A stretch of 64,000 bases of DNA. Source: Ramazzottius varieornatus (lineage: Eukaryota; Animalia; Tardigrada). The stretch covers positions 7,514,149 to 7,578,148 of the forward strand of contig BDGG01000001.1 of NCBI GenBank assembly GCA_001949185.1. The letters run 5' to 3'. Shown here piece by piece: positions 40,046 through 51,442 of this stretch. Within the stretch, counting starts at the first letter, position 1, and the number at the start of each line of letters is the position of its first letter. A model generated the notes under the pieces. That model made no database searches and was not told where the DNA came from. It was given only the letters and a program-made list of their open reading frames with translations. Position numbers and translations under genes: made by a program.

Positions 40046-40367
40046 TAAGTAAAATCAATGGACAAACTATTCTGTAAGAAAACTGACAAAAGTTGACAAG
40101 AACTAAAGTATGAGATATGTTTTTAAATCGGCTAAAAATTCCTATGAAGAGATGTTTCGCCATCTGCACGACTCGACGTGATTCAGGCTGCGTGAAAACT
40201 GGGTTTAGTCTACCATGAGGAAATCTGAAGGACTAAAAATAACTCCATGCAGCCGTGCCGCAGAGCACAAGCTCAACAGCGAATGCTCCTAATCGAAAAC
40301 GGTATGTACTTGCAACCATTCAAGACCAGTTCTAAAAATGAAACCTCAGAATAAAAGATTGAAAAAA

Positions 40368-41550
40368 CTAGACCGGAAAGCTGGACAGATAGAGGGTAAA
40401 ATATAAGAAAACGTTTACAGGTATGGACAAGACAGAAAAGCAGGACAAGGAGGAGGCAGAGTTGACCGAGGCGGCTGGTGGATCTTGAGGCTGGATACAG
40501 TCACAGATGGCGCTCTTCATGCAGTCTTCCCAGGTAAGCTGCTTCACCTTGATTTCTTTCATACCGGTTTGCTTAAACATGTTGTAGTCGTAGGACATGT
40601 CACAGACACAGACGGTAAATTCTGTACTTTTAGACACGGCGGCCCCGCTGTCCTTCTTTGTCGCTGGATATGGACCGTGACAACCTTGGTACGCCCAAGC
40701 AGCATCTGCAAGAGAAACATAAAATGAAGAGGTTGGACCACTAGGAGGAAGTCTTATTACCATTGTGGAAATTGAAATGAAGCTGGTATGTCGCGAACGA
40801 AACTTATACAAGGTCATTAGCTCAAGTGGCGCACCCTTACCGTCTTGTTGGCTGCAAGCGTACGCCACTTTGAAAACTCGACCAGATCGTCTCAAGTGGC
40901 GCACGTTTTGATTGTTCCTCGTCGGAACAACGCGCCACATGAAATAACAGTCTTTTGACCACCCAGTTTTCGATGACGTCATAATCGAACACAGATTCTT
41001 TTTCATTCAATGCCGAATTTCGGTCGTTAGTCTCGCGAAATCTGGTTTGGGACGGTACCTGCGGCACCATACTGGGAGCTGGGAACCTGAACTTCCGGTA
41101 TGACAAACTGACAATCACATGGCGCTTTGACATAGCGACACAGCTCATAATATATCACCGACGGGAAAGGCTTAATTTTAGCCAAGTAAGGTTCCATATC
41201 TTTCAGAGAAATATCCCCAAAAACACTCCATGTCCACGTTGAAATGTTGTAGATCGATAGGTCGTAGGTCGAGTTGCACGAGCAGATCGTCCCGTCCGTA
41301 GCTACGTCATACTTTCCCGTGCAGTTGTAGAAGGCAAACAGGGAAGGATCCTTATCAACCGCTAAAACCACAAACCGTAACAATAATATGCGTCATTTTA
41401 GAAATTTCTGCGATTTTTTGATCGAGCCAGGAAAATATTACCCTCTTGGCCGGCTTTATTGTCAGCAACGTCACTTCCGCGTACCGTCCCCACCAAAGTA
41501 ATCGTCAAGGTCAGAATGAGGTATATCCGGTACAACCATCTCTTGGGCAT
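40368..41550 (-). CDS. Secreted, probably GPI-anchored protein with two Cys-rich repeats (3 exons)
   Basis: Signal peptide MPKRWLYRIYLILTLTITLVGTVRG (exon 41550-41442, phase-1 splice to AVDKDP); two repeats C.G.Y...TxCxC...YD...C....CDC; Ser-rich spacer and hydrophobic C-terminus. Confidence 0.7.
40790..40960. repeat. Intronic palindromic hairpin element (2 units)
   Basis: caagtggcgcac..gtacgccactt, then caagtggcgcac..cgcgccacat. Confidence 0.88.
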
Positions 41551-41721
41551 CGAAAGAAACGACCATAGTCCTCATGGGCCAGTTTTCCTGTTTTCGAGAA
41601 AAAGCAAAAGTGTTCTCCCAAATGGGAATATCCCCCTTTGTATTGTCTACAGGGGAAACGGCGTCGCACTACACCGAGGTTGCGCGGAAACATGCACGAG
41701 CCACCAGATAGATTGATTTGA

Positions 41722-42430
41722 TTAGATTACTAGTGTGGCTCTTCGTTTGTTGTGCTCGTGATCTTCGAAATCTTCCAGAAGATCATCGGCATATCGGTAA
41801 GCAGAGTAAGTGCTGATACCGCCGCACAGAACAATAAGAATGACTAAAAGAACATGATGGGGAAATTCAACACCTTGGATGGGAAAGCGATTGATGAGGC
41901 CATAACTAAACCAAACAGCAATGGCTTGAGCTATTAAACTAGAAATGTTGGTGAAACCAGCAGCACAGGATATGACCAGATGGAGCAGACGCGAATTCGA
42001 TGGGTGGTTGATGCGGGGTCGCTGGTAAAACGAGATGGACCAGCCGAAACCTCCAGCGATGAACGTAAGTATCATGGAGATAAGTAAGAGGGCGAATCCG
42101 AGGTCCGAGACGTTGTGGACGAAAGGCACGACAAAAACGACGATTCTGTCTGGAAAAAGCATAGAAGGGTCACCAGGGTACAGTTAGGACAGTTAGGACT
42201 GTGCGCGAGTTGAGCTGGGTGGAGGTGTGATCGTAACCCTTACAAGCAATGCCGTAAACGATGGCACTTCCAGAAGTGGCGCACTGGATAACCGAGATGA
42301 CGCGACGAACTCGATCGGAGCCAGGTTCGCCGTTTAAGGATAGTGAGAGCCTTTCACGCTGAGCTGCGGTTGCTTGGTATAGTTCTTGGGGATGTGTGGC
42401 TGAAACAAGAGCTGCTTGGCCCGCTTCCAT
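41722..42430 (-). CDS. Uncharacterised ~4-TM membrane protein (2 exons)
   Basis: Several hydrophobic helices in ORFs 42170-42442 and 41722-42162; acceptor tttccag at ~42150. Confidence 0.55.
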
Positions 42431-45304
42431 TGTCCAATACACTGAATTGACAACCGTAGGAACAGCGATTCACAGAATTAGTCAGGTTGTTTAGTGGTGT
42501 TTCGTGGCCAGACGTGTGCACGAGAATAAACTGGGTGAGGTTGCTAAGATTATCTCATCATTCTCATGGATGAGCCAGTGAACTCTTGAAGTCCTACTGC
42601 CTGAGCTCTAGCACAACTGGCTGCACCGAAAACTGCGAAAATTCTGATAGTTACACCGAAGCGCGGCTCTTCTTTCCGTTCGGCAGGGCAAGAAATCGCA
42701 AGTTGTCAATTCCGGATCGGGGAGTTTCTGGTAAGAACTGAAAAATTCGCGAACATCCCAGCATGACAAGACAAAGACACATTGTGATCGTGTACGACAT
42801 GACATTCTAACACAATGGTAATCTGGCGGTTCTCGTCACAACTCAAAACCAAAATAACTCGAACCTCATGGTTTCCTTTGTTTTTTCTCAGCTCATTTCG
42901 TTTTTATAGTTCATGAATCAAATGCAAATGTTTTACCTAGCTTGTTTGGATCACAGGAGAGCCAAAGGCAGGACTGCCGGTAACAGCCACTCGTTTTTTT
43001 ACTGCAGGTACCGTAAGCGAGGTGAGGGCGAGCGTCTCGTTTGAATGGATCAACATGATACGACATCCATCGATCTGTCCCCGCTGATCCATATGGCTGA
43101 TCATCGTTAATGGTAATAATGGATCTGTTTTCAAGGTAGAGAGCTGCGTGTTTCGATCGAAAGAACGGGATCATGGATGATCACCATCCACCTTACTGCA
43201 CACGTTCAGCCCACCTCCTCTCCGCGTTGAATGAAGAGACTACAAGCCCAGGTATGGATCGACTGGCTGGCCCGCTCGCGCTCTCCGGCATGTCGATAAT
43301 CCTTCCATCTATTCATCCTTTTGCACAATACAGGTCTCTCCTCTGTATGGATGGCAGAAGCCGGAGGGAAGGCAACTAAATCGTGGGCCGTTCGACGGGA
43401 AGAGAAGGGATAACAGTCGTTCGACACTGGCCGTAAATCAGGCTATACGTACTAACGCATTACGTCATCGCGCTAGCATGGTTTCATGCTATATTTGTAT
43501 GCTACTCCTTTGCACTGCGATGACGTCAGACGCGAGTCGATTATATTTCCTAGGCTGTACGCGATCCGGTGATCACACGTTGATGATCGTTGCTCAGGTG
43601 TGAAACATCCAGCTGTCAGGCTCATCATGTAGACATCTCAAGCTGATTCCGAAGAGAATAGTTCATGCATGCCCGTTCTTGCCTGGTGTCCAACGAAGGA
43701 AGAAACTGCAACAGCTCTTAAGGTTCTCGATTACTAATTGCACTTGACTCATACCAGTCCTGTGACTGCCACATCTCTTGTTTCCGTTTCTTCCCGCTGC
43801 CCAGCTGGTTTTATACCAACTTTCTATCTTCTTCTCGCTCCGTAGATCAGTGGATATCACAGTCGTTCCATCGTTTGGGAATTACACCACCCGGGAATTT
43901 TCACGATCCAGCTGTGGAAATCGGATGGTACAACCATGAAGTGTCGTCTCTGCGAACTCGCCGACTGACAACGGACTCAGCTGACTTGTCATCTGCGCAA
44001 AAGGTACATTGTCTTTCCGTAAAAAAGTTTGATGTGTTTTAGCCATCTCAAAAACGTGAATTCGTTTGAGATTTTTTTCCCCGACGATTCTTTGTAATAA
44101 ATTTTTTTCATTTTGCAAGAACAATTCGCGAAATACGATTCCACCCGCGGTTAATAAGTTTAACGGTATCATGTTGAAACCATGAAACGACCAGACACGC
44201 TGGGAAATAGGGTTCGGAGAAGAAGCTTGTGCCGGTCCTCGGTTGTTTTCCGTAACCGTATGGTTTCTGTTCTCACTCCTCACTTCCGTATCGTTCTTTG
44301 GTGCTCACTGAAAATTATCAACACGAAGTTGTATAAGGGTCCTCTTTAGTGTTTGGAGAAAGTACCTTGCTCATCGTGGACGCCGAGTGTTCACTCACAG
44401 GCTCAGCTGGAGGGATTCCCACCGATCGAGCGATCGATACCTGAAGGGGTCCTTGAAAATTTGATCCTAGTTAGGCGCAATCGAATATAATATTGCAAAA
44501 AGTGCAGACTGTTAGAAGATACTCACAGGCTGACATGAGCACGCACATACCGGCAGCACTGGTTCCCACTTAATTTATGGGTCTGGGAGAGAACAAGGGG
44601 TCGACCAGGAAGGGCTGTGGCACATTACCACATCAGCGTCAATTAATTATTTTAGGTTCCATCAGCAGACTCGGTTTCTGTAGTCCTTGTAAAGACATCG
44701 TCATACCAGACGGGCCATGATCAAAGTATCGAAACAGCATTACGTGTATCTCGTACCGAAACTTGATATTGCTCTTGTTGTTATTTTTTTCACAAGTCAG
44801 TTTGTTCCCCTCTAGCTGTCATGGCAAAATATACGTGGAATAAGGTACAAGGAGTTTCTCCAGATAAAATCGGACTGAAATGGATAACTTTCAGCAAGTG
44901 AAGATTCTGTTTCAGAGTGTTATCGTGTCGAAGCGAGTTTTTTTCTTCTTGCTAACTCTATGTGTTAAAAAAATCAAGAACGGATGAAAGGGATCTGAGT
45001 TGCTCGAGGTCTCCGTCTGGGTCTTGGTCCGTGTGAAGTGATTGATGGGCATCGCTGTGAAACTTCTATTGGGACTGATTAAATTTCCCATAGATTGAAG
45101 CGCTTTGTCAAAGAGGACCAACTCTGTTCTTTGACTCTTTTCCATCCTTTGTGCTTTTTTCCACGGTTTCTCCCTTCCGGCCAACAAAGTAAAAGTTAAC
45201 CCTCGGCGACCCAACCCTGGCACAAAATTACGCGAAAAAGACTTAGAGGCGTGACTTGGTGCAAAGAAAGCCTCGCATAGATCTTTACTCTTCTGTGTGG
45301 ACGG

Positions 45305-45430
45305 ATATGGAAGTTCGGCAAACAAACTCGACCAGATCGTTTCTCATAGTGGTGTACGCTCTCAGCCAATAAGACTGGAGAAGTGCGCCATTCCGGAAAA
45401 CGATGTGGTCGAGTTTGTTTGCCGACCTTC
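45305..45430. repeat. Palindromic hairpin element (1 unit) upstream of NIM1K
   Basis: ttcggcaaacaaactcgaccagatcg..gtggtgtac..gtgcgcca..gtcgagtttgtttgccga. Confidence 0.9.
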
Positions 45431-46060
45431 CTCATGGAGATATCGGGCGCTGTGGTTCCTTTTGGCCATATTTTTTTTGTGTGCCGAGTGCGACACTTCG
45501 ACGACGATGCTTCTCCGTGATACAGATAAGCTTCGCAAACACCCATCTCTTCCATCTTCGCTTTTTACGTGAAAGGAAGCGCGAGAGACTTTCTTTCGTG
45601 GTGAACAGGCCATTCTTTGGCGTGTCGAGAGGGGCGTGTGACAAGGCCATAGAGGACAGAATAGGCTGGAAGATCAATCCGCCAGTGTATGCAACCAAAC
45701 ATCTCCCAGCTAGGTCTTCTTGTTCTCCCAACAGAGTACCCTGTAATTGTGTGTTATAGTGAGACCTCCGATCGTCGTAATTTTAATACCAGTACGCCTC
45801 ATTGCACCCCGAGCCCTCCTCCGTTTTCGTTCTGTGACACCGTATCCACAAAGTTGCTCTTCTGTTTCTTTCCTACTCAGGATCTTCTTCTGTATCGATA
45901 ATTCATTTTTCGCGTCAATTCGCAAAGCGTACACTGCCGAATGGAAGTAAGTTTTTGCTCCGGTTTTACCCGTGGGGAGAACTCTCCAGTTCGGAATGAA
46001 GCTCCATACTGGACAGACCTGTCGTTCATCTGAATTTTAATTTCGAAAAGTGAACGGAAA

Positions 46061-46175
46061 GGGAGACTCTGCAAACTCGACAAGATCGTTTTCCGAAGTG
46101 GCGCAAGTTGTCAGTTGCTTCTGCTGGAAGCCTGCGCCACTTGGTAAAGTCGATCTTTACCGAGTTCCCAAATAT
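46061..46175. repeat. Palindromic hairpin element (1 unit), probable NIM1K 5'-UTR intron
   Basis: aagtggcgcaag..cctgcgccactt; lies between GTAAGT (~45947) and the acceptor tttag at ~46361. Confidence 0.88.
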
Positions 46176-46374
46176 TCTCCCAGATCTTAATAAAACATGG
46201 ATGAAACATTCGAAGCTATCCCCTTCGGAGTCTGTGGGCGGAAATGCAACTATAGATCCTCTTTTATAATATTTTATCTGGAAACTGGAAACGTCAGTTG
46301 AAGATGGTCGAACGTAGCATTCGAAGAGAAGTGATGCTTTAACGTCTTTGTGATATTTTAGATGATTTTACGTG

Positions 46375-49300
46375 ATGCATCCTGAGCCGCACCTCCGGAC
46401 AGGCAGCGTACCGCTTGGGCCACCGCCTGGTCAGCCGATGCCCAACAGTCTGCAAGTGGGCGAAATGCCCTCCGTTGAGCCGGAACCCGACGAAGTTCCT
46501 TCACCATCCAGCGAGCTCCACAAAAGTACCTTGCATCCACGACGTCGCCGCCATGGCGGATCTAAACGGCTATCCATACCCGTTGTGGTGTCCCCTCTGG
46601 TACCCAGCTCTTCTCTCATGATCCTCGAAACGAAAGATCCGCCACTTCCCGCCGCGCTCCTGCTTAGTGACGATGAGGACGAGGAAGTGCCTGAAGCCGA
46701 AGCTGAAGAAGCGCTGGATGAGGTCGAAGACAATGCGGTGATGAAGCGGTATGAAGCCAGAAGGTCAGTCGGTGAAACAATAACAATATTTTTTGGAACG
46801 CAGAAATGCGGCAAGAAGGGAATCCAGCTCGATCCATTGTTGTGAAACTGCAATAAAAGTAATAAAGACTGTTCAAACTTCAAATGCAGTGGCGTACGTT
46901 GGCGGTGTTACTGATCGGTAGCGTGCGCCACTTGATATGTACGATCTGATCGAGTTTGCCTGTTGAGCTCCCAAACACTCAAAAGAAAGCCGGTGGAATT
47001 GTTCAACAGTGTCGTTGCTTTCAGGACGTCGTTCGACAGAAGGGCGAGTTTGAGCTTGAAAGGCAAGTCTAAGTCCTTGGGGGAAGTAGCCGGCTCAGCT
47101 GCGGCAGCCAAAGACAAGCGAACGAGGAAGTTGACAGCTTACGAGCAGGTCTCCCAAGAGCTGGCTCATGACAAAAGGACCCTGAAGGAGATAACCCTGG
47201 GCAGACGTGTGGGTTTCTACCGGATAAGGACAGAGCTGGGCTCGGGGAACTTCTCGCAGGTCAAAATGGCCGTCCACGCCCTTACCCGAGGTACCAAACT
47301 ATTTTCATATTTTTATTGTTCACTTTTCAGACCAATTAAGAGCTCACAACGCAACCAGATCGTTGCCTGAAGTGGTACACGCTTTCAGCCGATGATATTG
47401 AGCAGGTGCGCCACATGAGAAAACGATCTTGCGAGTTCGATTGCCAGAGTGGCGCACGTTTCTTGTGTTGTTAGCTGAAAGCGTACGCCACTCGGAGAAA
47501 CGATCTGATCTGGTGTGTTTGCCGAGCCATGGTCTTTTCGTTTGAGGTTAGTCCTTTGAGCTTCTTGATTGGCCAGAGAGTTTTAGTTTTCAGTCGGATG
47601 TTTTTTCTTTCGAGGAATCTTTGAGTTTAAAATTAGCGTTCAGGTTACTGATGGGCTGGTTTTACGATACTTCGGAAGGTGTGTGAAACCTGACCCGTGC
47701 AAACCCGTCACATCCGTCACGTAGGCCCAAAAGAGGGTGGCAGGTATTTTTTTGCGGGTTCTTTCAACGGCTGAAAGGGTTGCTTCAAGACATGCCGCCG
47801 GAAATGTTGAGAGTCGTACTGCGACTTCCGGCAACGTCATTTAATTTTGCTAGACTTCCCTTTCAAGTTGGCGCATAATGGAGAACGGAGTGTGTCTTGT
47901 TTTACAGAAAAAGTGGCCATCAAGATATTGGATAAATCACGTCTGGACCAGAAAACGCAGCGTCTAGTGGCACGCGAAATTGCCAATATGGAGAGAGTCC
48001 ATCATCCCAACATTGTCCGCCTCTACGAAGTGGTGGAGACATTAGCCAAGTTGTATCTGGTCATGGAGTACGCCGGCGGCGGCGAACTCTTTACCAGAAT
48101 TACCAACGAAGGCCGCTTCAAAGAAGCGGATGCCATGCCGCTGTTTGCTCAAGCCATCTCCGCCATGGATCACCTGGTAAGAAATACTACCTTCTCTGCT
48201 TCGCCTCCTTCGAGTGAATTTTCAGTGCCGTTATGCACCCCAAAAAGGCCACTGGATAGTTTCAAACAGCACGATCAAATTCTCCAGACTGAAAACGCTC
48301 TCGGTTACTTACCTGCAAACACGCTTGCCATATGAGTAGACGGTCAAGTGTATGCAGGTGCTGAAAGAGTGTCTTGCACGTACCTGCATACACAGATCCC
48401 GTAGTCGACGTACGACTTGGTGTAGGCAAATTTACAAATATGGCCATGGTCTGTTTTACGATGTTCCAAGTGTTTCGATTCACTTCTTCGTTCACAGCAT
48501 GCCATGAATATCATTCATCGCGACTTGAAGGCCGAGAACGTCTTCTTTTCGGGACCAAATACCATCAAAGTGGGCGACTTTGGCTTCAGCACCATCAGCC
48601 TGCAAGGTCAAGCCTTAACGACCTTCTGCGGCTCGCCGCCGTATGCCGCGCCCGAGCTCTTCCGGGATGAGAGCTACGAAGGTCGGCCGGTGGATGTGTG
48701 GGCCATGGGTATCATGCTCTACTTCATGGTCACGGGTATGCTGCCCTTCCGTGGAGAAACAGTGGGCAAACTGAAGAAAGCCATCTTGGAAGGTGATCGC
48801 TCATTAACATTTCCCTTCTCTTTGTGTCTTGTCAGCTGTGGTGTCATGTGGTGCGTCGTCCTGTCTGTTGAAGACACTGTCTATGACTCCCCGGGCAAGT
48901 AATTCTTCCGTGCAATCGCTCACAAATCTTTTGCTCAAAATGCCACAGCTACCTCCGGTGGAATTAATGGGGTCGTTTACAAAAATTACCAGAAAATATT
49001 CACATCGGTTTTTTCTTCCCACAAAACTGTATCTAATGAATAAGTGAGCGTCTCAAATCTTTTAAATCAATCCAAAGGTCTTTCTGTCTTGTCACTGTCT
49101 TCAAGATAAAATTTTCATCCTCAAGGTTCTCCTCATAATGGAATAGAATGGATTCTGGTTCTCATCAATTTTCCGAAAATTTTTGAATTTTACACCTCTC
49201 GTGAAATTCGCAGTTCACTACCGCCAGACCGATTTTTTGTAACCGTTTTCCTACGATATTTCACAGGAGTATACCTGACACCGACCTATCTGTCACCGCA

Positions 49301-50050
49301 CTGCATGGAGCTGATCACGGCTTTACTACGTCCCGTTGCCTCCGATCGACCTTCGGTTCATGCCATGCGTCGTTTCCCATGGCTGCAAGGTGCTTCATAT
49401 CCCGAGCCTCTGAAACCCTTCACACTCAATCCAGATGATATAATGCACGGTAAGCTCTTCCTCGATACCCAACGAAACACATTATCATACTCCTTATTTC
49501 CGTACCCAGTTTAAATTTCGACTGGGTCGCTACGCTTTCTCCCCTGCTTACAACATGGGAAAGCGTGGGGGTCCGTTAACCTTTTTGCTCGGGTCATCCT
49601 GCTTTGTTCTCGTTCTTTTGCCTTGTTGACAAGTCGGTTTGCTATCGATAATCTCTATCTTGCTGTTTAGCAGATAACGTTCCCAGCGAGGAGAAGCAAG
49701 CGCGGAAGGTGCTGAAAGAGCTGGGTATCACGCGCGACGTGATCCAGAAATCGATGGGCAAGCAATCACGCTCCAGCATCACCGGCACCTACCGCATTGT
49801 TCTGCATCGCATACAGAAGCAGGCGCTGGGTATCCAGTACGAAGAGTACGCCGGCATGGCTAATGATGCCACCGAGTCGGCTCCTTCAGCCTTGAACACC
49901 ATGCAAAGCGCCCCATCGACGGCCAAGTCACGCTTCGGTAGAACGAAGGTTAGTCCGCTCGACGCCCTGCAGAACAATGGCGCCAAGAACGCCACCAAGA
50001 TGAACTTCGGTGGCGGGAATAAAGTCTCGAGGCTGTGTGTTATTCTGTGA
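46375..50050 (+). CDS. NIM1K: Serine/threonine kinase NIM1 (AMPK-related), multi-exon
   Basis: EITLGRRVGFYRIRTELGSGNFSQVK; VAIKILDKSRLDQKTQRL; HRDLKAEN; DFGFS; TFCGSPPYAAPELF; SSITGTYRI; C-terminal CaaX (CVIL). Confidence 0.93.
46865..46975. repeat. Intronic palindromic hairpin element (1 unit), NIM1K intron
   Basis: agtggcgtacg..cgtgcgccactt..cgagtttgcctgttgagctcccaaa. Confidence 0.88.
47340..47530. repeat. Intronic palindromic hairpin element (2 units), NIM1K intron
   Basis: agtggtacac..gtgcgccaca then agtggcgcac..gtacgccact. Confidence 0.88.
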
Positions 50051-50302
50051 TGAATTTTAAGATGGTTTCAAGTTTTGCCGGCTTTTCGGTGCCAAAACTG
50101 CTCTTACGCTTTACGCATAAGGTACCACAGTATGTGTGGCTTTATTGGTCTTTCAGTATTTTCCGGTCCCTCGACAAATGTGCCAATGCTGATCCGTTCC
50201 AATTTGCCGGTTAAAACTTGCATAAAGTTAGAAGAATCTTATGCTCATTTACTGTTCACGGAATGCCGACTACAAGTCCTGTTAACCACTGGTGTAAAAA
50301 AG

Positions 50303-50415
50303 TGGGAACCAGGCAAACTTGTTTTACCAAGTGGCGCACACCTTCAGCCAATAAGGATAAAGACTTGCGCCATTGGAGGTAACGGTATGGTTCGGTTCGT
50401 TTGCCAACATCCCAA
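50303..50415. repeat. Palindromic hairpin element (1 unit) downstream of NIM1K
   Basis: ccaagtggcgcacaccttcagccaataaggataaagacttgcgccattgg. Confidence 0.85.
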
Positions 50416-51442
50416 GCTGTGTTGGACCGACTCGACTACGAAATGAATTTTTTTTATTGCTTCGTGCTGTTATCATTCCTCGCAGTTTTTCAAAACTCCG
50501 AAAGACTGATTTGTAAAAACTTGGCCATTCCCATCGATACAACCCAGCGCGTATGGCTAGGTTAAAACTACATGAATATTTCATACAACTATGGTATCCC
50601 CCTTCTTGCTTGCGATAGTCCTGTCAGCCTCCCAAGTGAGCGCTCTTACAGCGTCCATCGGTACCGGAGGCATGTCGCTGCATGTGGCAACTGGTACTGT
50701 TGCCCGCTGGGGCATGGCTTCTTGCTGAAACACGAAGCACTCACCTTCACTGATGCCTGGCTTGGAATGACCATCATCTTCAGAAAATAAACTGAATGCG
50801 TACCCTCTCAATAACAGTAGTTTCTCCAGCTAAAACCCATTGATGAATGGGACGTCAGCAAAGGAATTTTTCCAGATCGTCTTCCGAGAGACGCACGCTC
50901 TCAGTCAATACCGTGCGCCACTTGAAGTGACGATCTGGGTGAAACCATTTGCCGGCGTCCCGTATGACGGAAATCAAGACGAGCACGTTGGACGATAACT
51001 CACGATGGCGAGGATCGTGAAAGCCATCAGGAAGGACAGCGGAAAGGTCTTTATTTTTAAAAAGTAAGGATGACGAGCCGCAGGATGGAAAGTTAGGTTT
51101 TGACAGAGCAAGACGAGAAACAGAACTAAGCAGTCCGTAAGTTCTTATACAAGTCTGAAGTGTAGTCGTCACTCATTTAAAACTAAGAATAATGTTGGCT
51201 ATATCCTGTTTTGAAAGGGGCGCGGCTCTGATTTAGCTGCGACCACGACCCGGTAATGACCTGGAACATTCTTTTATTCGGAAACCAAAGTGCATCAGGA
51301 TTCGGAATTTTGTTGGTCTGCGAGTAAAGTCCCTTCTGGCGGAAATCGTTCTCCCGAAATAAACTAGCTTCAGAAACACTGAAGCAGTATGATGATGCAG
51401 GAAAAGGCACAAAGTATCGATACGACAGAGTACCGCAACTTC

